DNA from: an uncultured Clostridia bacterium
GTDB lineage: Bacteria > Bacillota > Clostridia > TANB77 > CAG-508
NCBI GenBank assembly: GCA_944393315.1
Contig: CALXZT010000003.1
Location: 1 to 52,005 of the forward strand
Direction of reading: 5' to 3'
DNA length: 52,005 nt
Shown here: positions 21,073 to 30,024 of the stretch, in pieces
How positions within the stretch are numbered: position 1 is the first letter of the stretch
Layout of the letters: every line of letters begins with the position of its first letter
Made by a program: the position numbers and the translations under genes
The notes under the pieces: model-generated
Databases searched by the model: none
The model's input: only the letters and a program-made list of their open reading frames with translations
What the model was told of the DNA's origin: nothing

Positions 21073-21101
21073 ATAATATCATGTTTTGTCCTATCTGTCA
21101 A
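21073..21101 (-). promoter_or_regulatory. SigA promoter facing rpoB
   Basis: TTGACA-17-TATTAT with extended -10 TG. Confidence 0.6.
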
Positions 21102-21183
21102 TAAAATTATCTATATTTTATGTTTTTTCAGCCATTTTTTTGGCTAGATGAAATTTCCCTCGTGAACATTCATTGGAAAAAGC

Positions 21184-21213
21184 TTGCAATTTAACATAAT
21201 GATGTGTTATAAT
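21184..21213 (+). promoter_or_regulatory. SigA promoter of the GC-rich gene
   Basis: TTGCAA-18-TATAAT with TGn extension; GGAGG RBS before ATG 21294. Confidence 0.55.
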
Positions 21214-21293
21214 AAAAATATATCTAACATTAGATATGATTGGATATGATTTCAAACTGTGAAGACAAAAACATTTTTTGGAGGTAAAACACT

Positions 21294-21977
21294 ATGAGTA
21301 AAAATCAACAGCAGTCATTGGAATCAGCGGTTCCTATTTTATACTCGCAATTTTTCATGCGGGTAGAAGCATCTGGACTTAAGCCTGAAGACGATTTTAT
21401 GAAGTTCACGCCAAGAACAAAGCCACAAGAGCGCTTGATGGCGGAGTTCTTGCAAGTCATTACTGATGGCTTGGGGGACTTCTGGGCTGCATATCGCAGT
21501 CCACGTTTTAACAAGACTGGAACCGGTATTTCCTGTGAGCGGGGCTTCCCCCTCGCTCATAGGAAGCCGTATCCCTGGTGGGATGAAGCTGCCAAGAACT
21601 TTCTTCCTGAGCATGAGAGTCGCTTGGGGAGGAAGAACGAGTGGATAGCTTTAATTGCTTACCTTATTAAAGCATTTAGCAGCTACGACCTTCCCGTCGA
21701 AACGATGTGGGAGGTAGTGTGTGGTTCCCTTAACCCCATCAAAACCTTGACTCCATACATGAATGACAAAACCTACAAAAATGTACCTTTTGACATAATC
21801 CGTACGTTGCTTGAACGTCCTTGGATTTTGACCAAGGGAAATGGGAGGTTTTGGATCGCGTCTGGTGGAGATTTCGGGGGGTCGACTTACGCTTGGAGGT
21901 TTTCCCTCTCTGATTTGTCAGACTTACGTCCAGTTGCCGAATGTTATGAACACTGCGGTTGGATTGTGTTTAAATAA
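21294..21977 (+). CDS. GC-rich hypothetical protein, possible C-type-lectin/FGE-like fold
   Basis: Clean RBS, ORF and terminator; atypical codon usage; C-terminus FWIASGG...GWIVFK resembles the GG...GFRLV ending of CLec-fold proteins. Confidence 0.6.
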   Translation: MSKNQQQSLESAVPILYSQFFMRVEASGLKPEDDFMKFTPRTKPQERLMAEFLQVITDGLGDFWAAYRSPRFNKTGTGISCERGFPLAHRKPYPWWDEAAKNFLPEHESRLGRKNEWIALIAYLIKAFSSYDLPVETMWEVVCGSLNPIKTLTPYMNDKTYKNVPFDIIRTLLERPWILTKGNGRFWIASGGDFGGSTYAWRFSLSDLSDLRPVAECYEHCGWIVFK

Positions 21978-21988
21978 GGAACCAAAAC

Positions 21989-22019
21989 ATTGGGAGGGCT
22001 CAGCGAGCCCTCCCAATTG
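21989..22019 (+). terminator. GC-rich hairpin after the 21294 gene
   Basis: ATTGGGAGGGCTC-AGC-GAGCCCTCCCAAT, perfect 13-bp stem. Confidence 0.75.
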
Positions 22020-22237
22020 TAATTATATTAAGTTGAAAAAACGCCATATCTATGTAGCATGCCTGAAGAAGAAATACAAGAATTTCTTGTATAAAATGAT
22101 AATATAAAAGTAGAGAATATGATTTGCAATATTATTAAATTTCTCTGCTCTCTATTTGTGTGAGTTCTTTAATAACTGATTTTAAAATAAGAATTGTTCT
22201 CTTGTTAAAAGATTTTCCTTTAATTATTAAATCCAAA

Positions 22238-23380
22238 TTAATCTTGAGTTTTATTTATTTGTTTTTTTCTATTCTTATAAATTATGTAATCATTAATTGC
22301 AATTTTCAATACAGCTGCTACTGGTACAGCTAGAAACATTCCTATAACTCCAAAATATGCTCCTCCTACAGTTACAGAAAATATTATTAATAATGGACTA
22401 ATTTCTAATGAATTTCCTACTATTTTTGGGTTTATTATATTTGCATCTATTTGCTGCAATATTATAACTGATACAGCCATTAATATTGCTTGTGATATTC
22501 CTCCTGTTATTAATGTTATAAGTATTGCAATTGCTACTGCTACTATTGCTCCAAAATATGGTATTATATTAAATAGTCCTATCATAAATCCTAGTAATAC
22601 AGCATATTTTACGTTTAGTATTGACATCATTATAGTTGTAAGAATTCCTACAATTATTGCATCTAGAATTTGACTTGATAAGAATTTATAAAATATTTTA
22701 TTTGTATCATTAAAATATTTTCCTATATTTTGGCATAATTCTTCATTGAATATTGTTGAAGTTAATTCTCTTATAAATTTTAATATTTTTCCTCTTTCTA
22801 ACAGTGCATATACAGATACTACAATCATAACAAAGATGTCTACAAGTCCAGTTACGAGGCTAATTGCACCTTTTGCATACTGCATTATTGTATCTATGTT
22901 TATTATTTTACTTATATCTATTTGTTGAATCGCAGATAATATATTTTTGACTTGCTGGCTTTTCCAAATTGAATCTTCTGGCAATTTTGATATTTCTTCT
23001 AAAAGTGTTTGATAATATCCTTGAAAATTGTTTACTAATTCAACTATACTAGAAATAACAGTTGGTAATATCATATTTAAAATTATGACTATTACTATTA
23101 ATGCTACTATATAAGCAAATAATACCCCTAATTTTCTAGCATTCTTTTTTATTAGTTTGTTTTTTGATTTTTTTAATCCTTTTTCAAATTTTGATGCTGG
23201 TATATAAAGTATATATGCTATTAAAAGTCCGCTTAAGAATGGTGCTATTACACTTATAAATCCTTTTATTACATCTGTTATAGCAACAAAGTTATCTAAT
23301 AATTTATAAATTACTATAACACTTACAGCAAATAGAAACCAATACATCCATTTTGTAATATTATTTTTTATCTCCTTCAT
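22238..23380 (-). CDS. AI-2E (PerM) family transporter
   Basis: APFLSGLLIAYIL.P, NIIPYFG, QQIDANIINPKIVG, G.IGMFLAVP; start ATG 23380. Confidence 0.88.
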   Translation of the reverse strand: MKEIKNNITKWMYWFLFAVSVIVIYKLLDNFVAITDVIKGFISVIAPFLSGLLIAYILYIPASKFEKGLKKSKNKLIKKNARKLGVLFAYIVALIVIVIILNMILPTVISSIVELVNNFQGYYQTLLEEISKLPEDSIWKSQQVKNILSAIQQIDISKIINIDTIMQYAKGAISLVTGLVDIFVMIVVSVYALLERGKILKFIRELTSTIFNEELCQNIGKYFNDTNKIFYKFLSSQILDAIIVGILTTIMMSILNVKYAVLLGFMIGLFNIIPYFGAIVAVAIAILITLITGGISQAILMAVSVIILQQIDANIINPKIVGNSLEISPLLIIFSVTVGGAYFGVIGMFLAVPVAAVLKIAINDYIIYKNRKKQINKTQD

Positions 23381-23403
23381 TTTTTTGTGATTTCCTTTCT
23401 TTT

Positions 23404-24159
23404 TTATATTTCTATATCTAATTCTACTGGGCAATGGTCACTTCCCATTATTTCTTGATATATTTTGGCTTCTTTGATTTGTTTTTCTATGTCTTTTGAC
23501 ACAATAAAGTAGTCTATTCTCCACCCTATATTTTTTTTGCGGGCATGTCCCATGTATGACCACCATGTGTATTCATTTTCTTTTTCAGGATACAAAAATC
23601 TAAATGTATCTGAAAAACCCGCATTTAATAGTTCTGTCATTTTTTCTCTTTCTTCATCAGTAAACCCTGCATTTTGTCTGTTTTGTTTTGGATTTTTTAA
23701 ATCAATTTCTTTATGTGCTACATTTAAATCTCCACACATTATTACTGGCTTTTTCTTGTTTAATTCTAGTAAATATTTTCTTATTTCATCTTCCCATATC
23801 ATTCTATAGGAAAGTCTTTCTAGTCCTCTTTTTGAGTTTGGTGTGTAATTATTTACTAAATAAAAGTTTTCGAATTCTAGCGTTATTATTCTTCCTTCTT
23901 TGTCATGTTCTTCAATTCCAATACCATATGTTACAGTTATTGGTTTATTCTTTGAAAATATCGCTGTCCCTGAATACCCTTTTTTCTCAGCACTGTTCCA
24001 ATAACTTAAGTAATTTTTGAATTCTAGTTCCACTTGTTCTTGTCTACATTTTGTTTCTTGTATACAAAATATGTCTGCATCAATTTGCTCAAAAAATTCT
24101 TGAAAACCTTTGTTTAAACATGCTCTTATTCCATTTACATTCCATGAGATTAGCTTCAC
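23404..24159 (-). CDS. exoA: Exodeoxyribonuclease III (AP endonuclease)
   Basis: SWNVNGIRA, QETK, GDLNVAH, GWRIDYF, SDHCPV; GTG start. Confidence 0.95.
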   Translation of the reverse strand: MKLISWNVNGIRACLNKGFQEFFEQIDADIFCIQETKCRQEQVELEFKNYLSYWNSAEKKGYSGTAIFSKNKPITVTYGIGIEEHDKEGRIITLEFENFYLVNNYTPNSKRGLERLSYRMIWEDEIRKYLLELNKKKPVIMCGDLNVAHKEIDLKNPKQNRQNAGFTDEEREKMTELLNAGFSDTFRFLYPEKENEYTWWSYMGHARKKNIGWRIDYFIVSKDIEKQIKEAKIYQEIMGSDHCPVELDIEI

Positions 24160-24246
24160 TTGTTCACTCTCCTTATGCGTGAATTATATCATATCTTGTT
24201 TTTGGAAGCAAGTAAGACAAAGTATGAATATACAGTTTTTGGTTTA

Positions 24247-24891
24247 TTATGAATAAGGTTCTAATATCAATACATAATAAAAAACTCTCAACACTCCTTC
24301 TACCTCATATGTTATTTTATATTTACACATTGTTCCATCTGTAATGTATTTTCCTGCTAAAGTTAACTCTATTGATGGATTTGTAGTTTCCCCAGGTTGT
24401 AATGTTGTACTCCCAACATTATATGTATTATCTTGAAATGCTTTGTTTGAATTTGGATCATATATTTCTTCTATTTCCATTTTCCCGTTTAAGAAAGTAG
24501 TATTTGTACTATTTTGCAATGATAAAGTTATTGTACCACTTACGTGACTACTTGCAAATATTTGATTATATACATATTTTAATGTTGTTGTTATTGTATT
24601 GTTCTCATATGTTTCTGATACAACCCTAAATATCGTTGTACCCCAAAAAGCAAAATTTGTATTTGTTGTGACCCTTGAAACCCCATTTTCATCAACTGTA
24701 GGAGTAGGTACAATAACATCTAAAGGTGGTGCTGAAATGTATTGGCCTGTTACATTACCACTTACTGTTAAATTTGTACTTAGTAAGGAATATGCTGTTG
24801 ACATAGTAATTATTATACATATTAAAATTATTACAAAAAATATTTGATTAAATTTCTTTTTCTTTCTTTTTATTTTATATGTTTTTTTCAT
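24247..24891 (-). CDS. Secreted protein with a SipW-type signal peptide (putative minor fibre subunit)
   Basis: Basic N-terminus, hydrophobic core, STAYS|LLSTNLTVSGNVTG; Thr-rich beta-type body. Confidence 0.6.
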   Translation of the reverse strand: MKKTYKIKRKKKKFNQIFFVIILICIIITMSTAYSLLSTNLTVSGNVTGQYISAPPLDVIVPTPTVDENGVSRVTTNTNFAFWGTTIFRVVSETYENNTITTTLKYVYNQIFASSHVSGTITLSLQNSTNTTFLNGKMEIEEIYDPNSNKAFQDNTYNVGSTTLQPGETTNPSIELTLAGKYITDGTMCKYKITYEVEGVLRVFYYVLILEPYS

Positions 24892-25012
24892 TCTATTTTT
24901 TGCCTTTCTTCTTTAAGAAATTATTGCTTTTTAAAACAGGTTGAATTTTTATTTTGCTAAAATTAAACCTGTTTTTAATTTACTTCCTAGGCATGAAGTT
25001 TAGCCTTGGATA

Positions 25013-26068
25013 TTATCCTTTTAAAATATATCTATATGTTACACTATTACTCATTACATAAAACCATGCTTCATCTATATCTTTTGATGCCCAATATAAA
25101 ATCGGTTTGAATAATTCTTCTGATACTTTTATGATTTCTCCAAAATCTTTTACATCTATAATAGTTGTTGCCGTCACATCTGGCTGTGTACTTACTTGGA
25201 CAATTTTGTCTTGGCATAATCTTAATATTCTGTTTAGTTCATATTTATATATATTTTTTATTTTATTAATTGGTTGTGTTTTTGTTAATATATATTTATA
25301 TATTAGAACTGATAAAAATAGTACAATTAAACTTATTACTATTTGTATTTCTTGATTATTATTAGTTACTTCAATTTCCTTAGATATGTATTGAGTTTCT
25401 TCTTTGTCATTTTCTCCTAAAATGCTAGTTGTTTTCTTTCCTAAATCTATAGAAATTGGTGTAGTATACTTATTGGTTACACTTTTTCCTTCAACAATTG
25501 TCGTTGTGTTTACATTTAATGTTAAAATGAATTTGGCATCTATTGTCATACCCATTTGTTTTTCAAATTGTTTTACTAAATCATTTTGTGATGATAAATT
25601 TAATTTTAGATTTTCATCAATTAATATGTTTCCATTTTCTGTTTGTTTTTCTTGTTTTTCCAAAACAACATATTTTTTTGTCCATATTCGCTGTTCTGTT
25701 CCGTTATAAGTATATATTCCTTGTATTTTTCCTACTACTTCATAATCATAGTTTACAATTGTTTCTTTATCCCCTTGATATTGATAGTTTATTTTTAAAT
25801 CTATATTGTCTATTAAGTCTGTAATATAGGCATTTTCTTCCATGCCCAAAGTTGGTTCATCTATATATTCATTTTCTATTAGATTAACGTTATAATTATA
25901 TTTAAACTTGTTGGTGTAGCTATATATGGTCTCATTTTTAATAGTTGTGTTATTTTTGCAAATGGAAGATAAAATGTAGCCACAAGAACAAACAAACATT
26001 ACTGTTGCTATTGCTATATAGAAATATCTTGTTGATTTACGTATTCTTTTTTTCTTACTAGCTCTCAT
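25013..26068 (-). CDS. Two-TM membrane protein of the SipW cluster (DUF5305-like)
   Basis: N-terminal TM, beta-rich outside domain, second TM, C-terminal IIDVKDFGEIIKVSEELFKPILY...TYRY. Confidence 0.6.
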   Translation of the reverse strand: MRASKKKRIRKSTRYFYIAIATVMFVCSCGYILSSICKNNTTIKNETIYSYTNKFKYNYNVNLIENEYIDEPTLGMEENAYITDLIDNIDLKINYQYQGDKETIVNYDYEVVGKIQGIYTYNGTEQRIWTKKYVVLEKQEKQTENGNILIDENLKLNLSSQNDLVKQFEKQMGMTIDAKFILTLNVNTTTIVEGKSVTNKYTTPISIDLGKKTTSILGENDKEETQYISKEIEVTNNNQEIQIVISLIVLFLSVLIYKYILTKTQPINKIKNIYKYELNRILRLCQDKIVQVSTQPDVTATTIIDVKDFGEIIKVSEELFKPILYWASKDIDEAWFYVMSNSVTYRYILKG

Positions 26069-26091
26069 TTTTCCTCCTTTGCTTTAAAAAT

Positions 26092-27273
26092 TTATTTTCC
26101 TGCTTCTACTTCAATCTGTGGTTCTGTTTGAATCATGTGTAACCATATTGCAGGATATCCTAAGTATCTTATTTTGAAAATTACTTTTCCTATTACTTGT
26201 CCTTCTGTAACCTCTTTTGCATCTGCAGTATTATTGTTATCTCCTTTTGTGGTAAAATAAAATTGTCCTTTACTTTGTTTTTTTTCAATTACTCTGTGGA
26301 TAACTGTGTATCCTTCCATTTGATATTCTATTATGTCTCCTATTTCTATGTCTTCTGCATTACATTTTTTTATTATTGCAACATCTCCGACAAATAGTTG
26401 CTTTTCCATACTTCCAGAAGCTATTGCTACTGGTTTTATTGGGAAAATACCTATTGCAAACCATATTGCTATAATTATCAATATTACAATAGGAATTAAA
26501 CTAGTTGGATTTTCATCTTCTATTTGTTTTTCCCTTGTTCGAATCATATCTTTTTTGTTTTTGTAATACCTTATGTATAAAAATAATATTAATGGTATTA
26601 CTGTTTCGATTATTGCTACCATTATCCATGGTGCATTAGGGAATATTGGCGTTGACCATAAAAATAGGTGTGTTAATAATTCATAATATATAGCTGGTGC
26701 ATACCCAGAATTTATTGCTGTATATGAAAATAATATGTTTTTAGCAATCATAGGAATTATTCTTTGTGATATTTCTCTTACAACATATAATGCAGTTATT
26801 GTTGAATAAGTATATCTTACAAATTCTATGTTTATTATTATATAGGCTATGCTTAATAATATAGCAATTAGTTTTTCATCTTTTTTGTATACATTATGTA
26901 TTAATCTATATCTTATATATTCTTGTGCTATGATTACTGTTCCTGATATCCAAAAATTTGTAATAACTCCTAGCAAATTTGTGGCATATGGATTTTTTCC
27001 AAAAGTAATAATAAGTCCAGATATTATATAAGTTAAAATATATGCTAGAATTGCAATTATCGTATATTGTATTATTTCTTTTTTAATTTTTTGTTTTTCA
27101 AAATTTTTTCCTAAGCTTATTTTTAATATTATTGCTAATATTATCCAAAATAAAGGGTTAATAATATATAAATAAGTATGATTAAAATTTGTAATTAATT
27201 TGCAATTTGCTAATATTCCATACAAAAATATAAATATTATTAATCCTATTGTGGCGTTTCTTGACTTTTGCAT
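26092..27273 (-). CDS. sipW: SipW/ER-type (S26B) signal peptidase fused to a large polytopic N-terminal domain
   Basis: IASGSM (Ser), GD, VIHRV (His), TKGDNN...D; about 270 aa of multi-TM sequence precedes the peptidase domain. Confidence 0.8.
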   Translation of the reverse strand: MQKSRNATIGLIIFIFLYGILANCKLITNFNHTYLYIINPLFWIILAIILKISLGKNFEKQKIKKEIIQYTIIAILAYILTYIISGLIITFGKNPYATNLLGVITNFWISGTVIIAQEYIRYRLIHNVYKKDEKLIAILLSIAYIIINIEFVRYTYSTITALYVVREISQRIIPMIAKNILFSYTAINSGYAPAIYYELLTHLFLWSTPIFPNAPWIMVAIIETVIPLILFLYIRYYKNKKDMIRTREKQIEDENPTSLIPIVILIIIAIWFAIGIFPIKPVAIASGSMEKQLFVGDVAIIKKCNAEDIEIGDIIEYQMEGYTVIHRVIEKKQSKGQFYFTTKGDNNNTADAKEVTEGQVIGKVIFKIRYLGYPAIWLHMIQTEPQIEVEAGK

Positions 27274-27324
27274 ATTTTTATTCCTTTATAAGTTAGTAGA
27301 GTAGTGTGTTTTTTATTATTTATA

Positions 27325-27361
27325 TGTTAAAAGGTAATTAATTTTTAATTACCTTTTAACA
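27325..27361 (-). terminator. Perfect 16-bp hairpin directly after the first gene of the SipW cluster
   Basis: TGTTAAAAGGTAATTA-5-TAATTACCTTTTAACA. Confidence 0.7.
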
Positions 27362-27364
27362 ACA

Positions 27365-27907
27365 CTAATTATGTGCTCCATGATTTGGTGACACATTAAC
27401 TTCAGTAGTATCTTGTAGATACTCAAAGTTTACTTTGAAGCTTGCATTAACTGATGTTGCTTCTGAATCAGTATTCCATTTTATAGCAATTGTAACAGGG
27501 CATGTTTCCCCTGCTGCTATTACTTCTGTGCCATCTGTTTCAATATCTGGGATTTCAACAGTTACGTCAGAATTTGAAAATGGTGATGTTCCATCTGTTC
27601 CAGTCAAACTAAATTTTGTAAGCTTAGCTGGAAGAGTTCCTTCATTTGTTATTTCTGCTGTTACAGTACAAGCATCGCCTGGATAAGCAAGTGTTGCGTT
27701 AACTGTTACTGTATCATCTGTGAAATCTGCTGTCCCATGATTTGAGTCATTCATTGAAGCGTCAGTAAATTTAACATCCCATGTTGTTGTACCTGTTGCA
27801 GTACCTGAAAGTGTTAAAAGTTGTGAAAAGGCTGCATAACCTACTGCTAGAGCTAATAATAGAACAACTAATATGATTAGCACATAATTCTTTTTAGATT
27901 TTTTCAT
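27365..27907 (-). CDS. SipW-dependent secreted protein, TasA/CalY-like putative major fibre subunit
   Basis: MKKSKK, hydrophobic core, VGYA|AFSQLLTLSGTA; internal LAYPGD...ITNEGTLPA pattern. Confidence 0.7.
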   Translation of the reverse strand: MKKSKKNYVLIILVVLLLALAVGYAAFSQLLTLSGTATGTTTWDVKFTDASMNDSNHGTADFTDDTVTVNATLAYPGDACTVTAEITNEGTLPAKLTKFSLTGTDGTSPFSNSDVTVEIPDIETDGTEVIAAGETCPVTIAIKWNTDSEATSVNASFKVNFEYLQDTTEVNVSPNHGAHN

Positions 27908-27969
27908 CTAGTTTCCCTCCTAACCTATTTTTCCTGTTTATATTATACATTATATACTACTAAAAAACC

Positions 27970-28007
27970 ATTACACTTTTATTACAGTTTTTTTACGCTT
28001 TTATTAC
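27970..28007 (-). promoter_or_regulatory. OmpR-family (WalR-like) direct-repeat array over the -35 region of the SipW cluster promoter
   Basis: TTAC at 27971, 27982, 27993 and 28004 (exact 11-nt period); 27986-27970 reads TGTAAT-N5-TGTAAT. Confidence 0.55.
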
Positions 28008-28032
28008 TTTTTTCGTCATATTGTATCTATAA

Positions 28033-28049
28033 TGTAATTTTTTTGTAAT
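28033..28049 (+). promoter_or_regulatory. WalR-like box before the divergent hypothetical gene
   Basis: TGTAAT-TTTTT-TGTAAT, then TGTTATAAT extended -10 at 28069-28077. Confidence 0.5.
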
Positions 28050-28114
28050 GTAATTAATTGTAATTTCATGTTATAATATATAATAAGATTTTTAATTTTG
28101 GAGAAGTGATTGAT

Positions 28115-28675
28115 ATGTTTGATGAAAAAACAAATGATAAAAATACTTTAATTTCTTCTGAAACCAACACTGTTTTGGATGATACTACTATGTCTGATGA
28201 TTTTAATTTCATAATTTCGTCAGATACTATATTATCAAACGAGTTAAATAGTGATGTGGTCTATATTGAAAAAGACAATAGATGCCTTTTAATTTCTGAA
28301 AAAAATAATAAGGTTTTTTTGCCTTATAAAATTTCCGAAATAAAGTCATATCTAGAACAATATCCAGATGAGTATTATTCTCTATCTGATGTTGTTAATA
28401 AAGAATATATTTTGTCTCTAACATATTTTATTAAGCATCCTTCAATTGCACGTTTTAGAGAAGCATACTCATTAAGCAGAGATAGAGAAGCAAAACCTAT
28501 TATGGAATCTATTAAATATGCTATGGATTTAATGTTTAAAGGCAATTTAAATCCAGCAATTATCGCTGCCTGTAAAACTCAAGAACAATTATCAAATTAT
28601 CTAGATTGTTTGGATTCTAATACTTTGTATAAATTCACTGATTTTGATATTTTGTTTGAAGTAAATCCAATATAA
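28115..28675 (+). CDS. Hypothetical cytoplasmic protein
   Basis: Host-like ORF with promoter and GGAG; start could instead be GTG 28106; no family recognised. Confidence 0.7.
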   Translation: MFDEKTNDKNTLISSETNTVLDDTTMSDDFNFIISSDTILSNELNSDVVYIEKDNRCLLISEKNNKVFLPYKISEIKSYLEQYPDEYYSLSDVVNKEYILSLTYFIKHPSIARFREAYSLSRDREAKPIMESIKYAMDLMFKGNLNPAIIAACKTQEQLSNYLDCLDSNTLYKFTDFDILFEVNPI

Positions 28676-28680
28676 CTGAA

Positions 28681-28783
28681 AGTTGGAAAAGAGAACCTCG
28701 CTCTTCTCCAACTTTTTAACATTATTGTATAATTTATTATAAATGCCAAAAAATTGGAAAAGAGAGCAGTCTCCCTTTTCCAA
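28681..28783. repeat. Pair of REP-like palindromes between convergent genes
   Basis: TTGGAAAAGAG-AACCTCG-CTCTTCTCCAA (28683-28711) and TTGGAAAAGAGAG-CAGT-CTCCCTTTTCCAA (28754-28783). Confidence 0.7.
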
Positions 28784-28790
28784 CTTTTTA

Positions 28791-29717
28791 TTATTCTACT
28801 ACCTGTACTGGTAAATATTTTACTCCCCATGCAATTGCTTCTGCATGTGTGTTACAATATATATCAATTTTATTTCCTGTTATTGCTCCTCCTCTATCTT
28901 CTACTGTATATGTAGTTCCATTTATTAATAGCTTTGTTCCAAAATCGAACTGTGAAGAAGCAGCAATTGTTCTTCCTGCTGTTGCTTTTGTTCCTGATGC
29001 TGTATATCCAGAAGCAAATTTTCCACAGCATTTAGCACATGGACAATATGCTGTTACTTTAAATATTGTTGTTCCTGTTGATGAGTTTCTTGATGTAGAT
29101 GAAGATCTTGTTGTTACATTGTTTTGAACTTGAACGATTTTATCTATTGGTTCTTTTATAACCACTTCTGATAATACTGTTTTTTCTATTTCTTGATCAT
29201 TTTTGTATTTTATTTTATATGTTACTTGTTTTACTCCATTTTCACCTTGTCTTATTACTTTATTTCTGGTATTTTCTCCACTATTTGATACATCTTTAGT
29301 AATTGTTTCAAATGGTATTTCTTCTTCTTGAGTAACAATTTTTTCTATTATTGGTGAATAACTATCTAAAATTTCCTCTAAAGTTGTATTTATTCCATTT
29401 TCAGAAATTTTTGCTACTTGTATCTCTTGTATTGATTTATCACGAATAATGATTGATTTATTTGTAGTAATATCTTCATTTAGGTCAGGAGTTACTCTTT
29501 CATTTTCTGCTAGTACTATATTACTTTCTGCTAGTATTTCTGAGACATTTGTTTTATTTGTTAATACTGTTAATTCATATCCACTTGCTAATGTAATTGT
29601 AACAGTATTTACTTGTGTAGCCATAACTATAATACCTGCACCTGAAAGAGCTAATAATATCAAGCTTACGCAAATGATTTTAATTATAGAAATAGAGCAT
29701 TTGTGTTCTATCTTCAT
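28791..29717 (-). CDS. G5 plus 3D-domain cell-wall protein (YabE-like putative lytic transglycosylase)
   Basis: N-terminal TM, DUF348-like segment, G5 (EEIPFETI...GENG.K...EPIDKIV), 3D domain (VTAY...TASG...VEDRGGAI.GNKIDIY); start ATG 29717. Confidence 0.88.
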   Translation of the reverse strand: MKIEHKCSISIIKIICVSLILLALSGAGIIVMATQVNTVTITLASGYELTVLTNKTNVSEILAESNIVLAENERVTPDLNEDITTNKSIIIRDKSIQEIQVAKISENGINTTLEEILDSYSPIIEKIVTQEEEIPFETITKDVSNSGENTRNKVIRQGENGVKQVTYKIKYKNDQEIEKTVLSEVVIKEPIDKIVQVQNNVTTRSSSTSRNSSTGTTIFKVTAYCPCAKCCGKFASGYTASGTKATAGRTIAASSQFDFGTKLLINGTTYTVEDRGGAITGNKIDIYCNTHAEAIAWGVKYLPVQVVE

Positions 29718-29748
29718 AAAATCATGTTCCTCCTTTTTAGACAAGGTC

Positions 29749-29777
29749 ATTATACTATTTCTTTTTGGCTTTGTCAA
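29749..29777 (-). promoter_or_regulatory. Consensus SigA promoter
   Basis: TTGACA-17-TATAAT. Confidence 0.75.
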
Positions 29778-30024
29778 ATTTGTTATTTTTTTACTTTTTA
29801 TTTTGTAAACCTTGGTATATACTATATTATATGTTATTTGTACTTCTTTATACAATAAAATTTTTTTTGTCAGTATATAAGTACTATTTATCAGAAAGAA
29901 TATATATTGTACATTTATATTAATGAGTGGTCTTTATTTTTTTAAAATTTTATTTGCATATTATATATTTTTGTGATATTATACGAATATAAGTAATTTA
30001 TTTATAGAGATAGGAGGAATAAAT

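Noticed and set aside
21294-21977. A complete diversity-generating retroelement
   Set aside because: No reverse transcriptase, avd or template repeat is visible in the window; only a fold resemblance remains
23228-23236. AAGCGGA also occurs in the AI-2E gene and in tmk (~972-978)
   Set aside because: There it is read AGC-GGA (Ser-Gly) in intact frames, so these are not shift sites. It does show that an A-insertion error before AGC GGA is a real alternative explanation for the two candidate sites.
28681-28783. CRISPR mini-array from the ~30-nt palindromes with ~42-nt spacing
   Set aside because: Only pairs, with divergent cores; one pair is inverted; copies are dispersed and there are no cas genes
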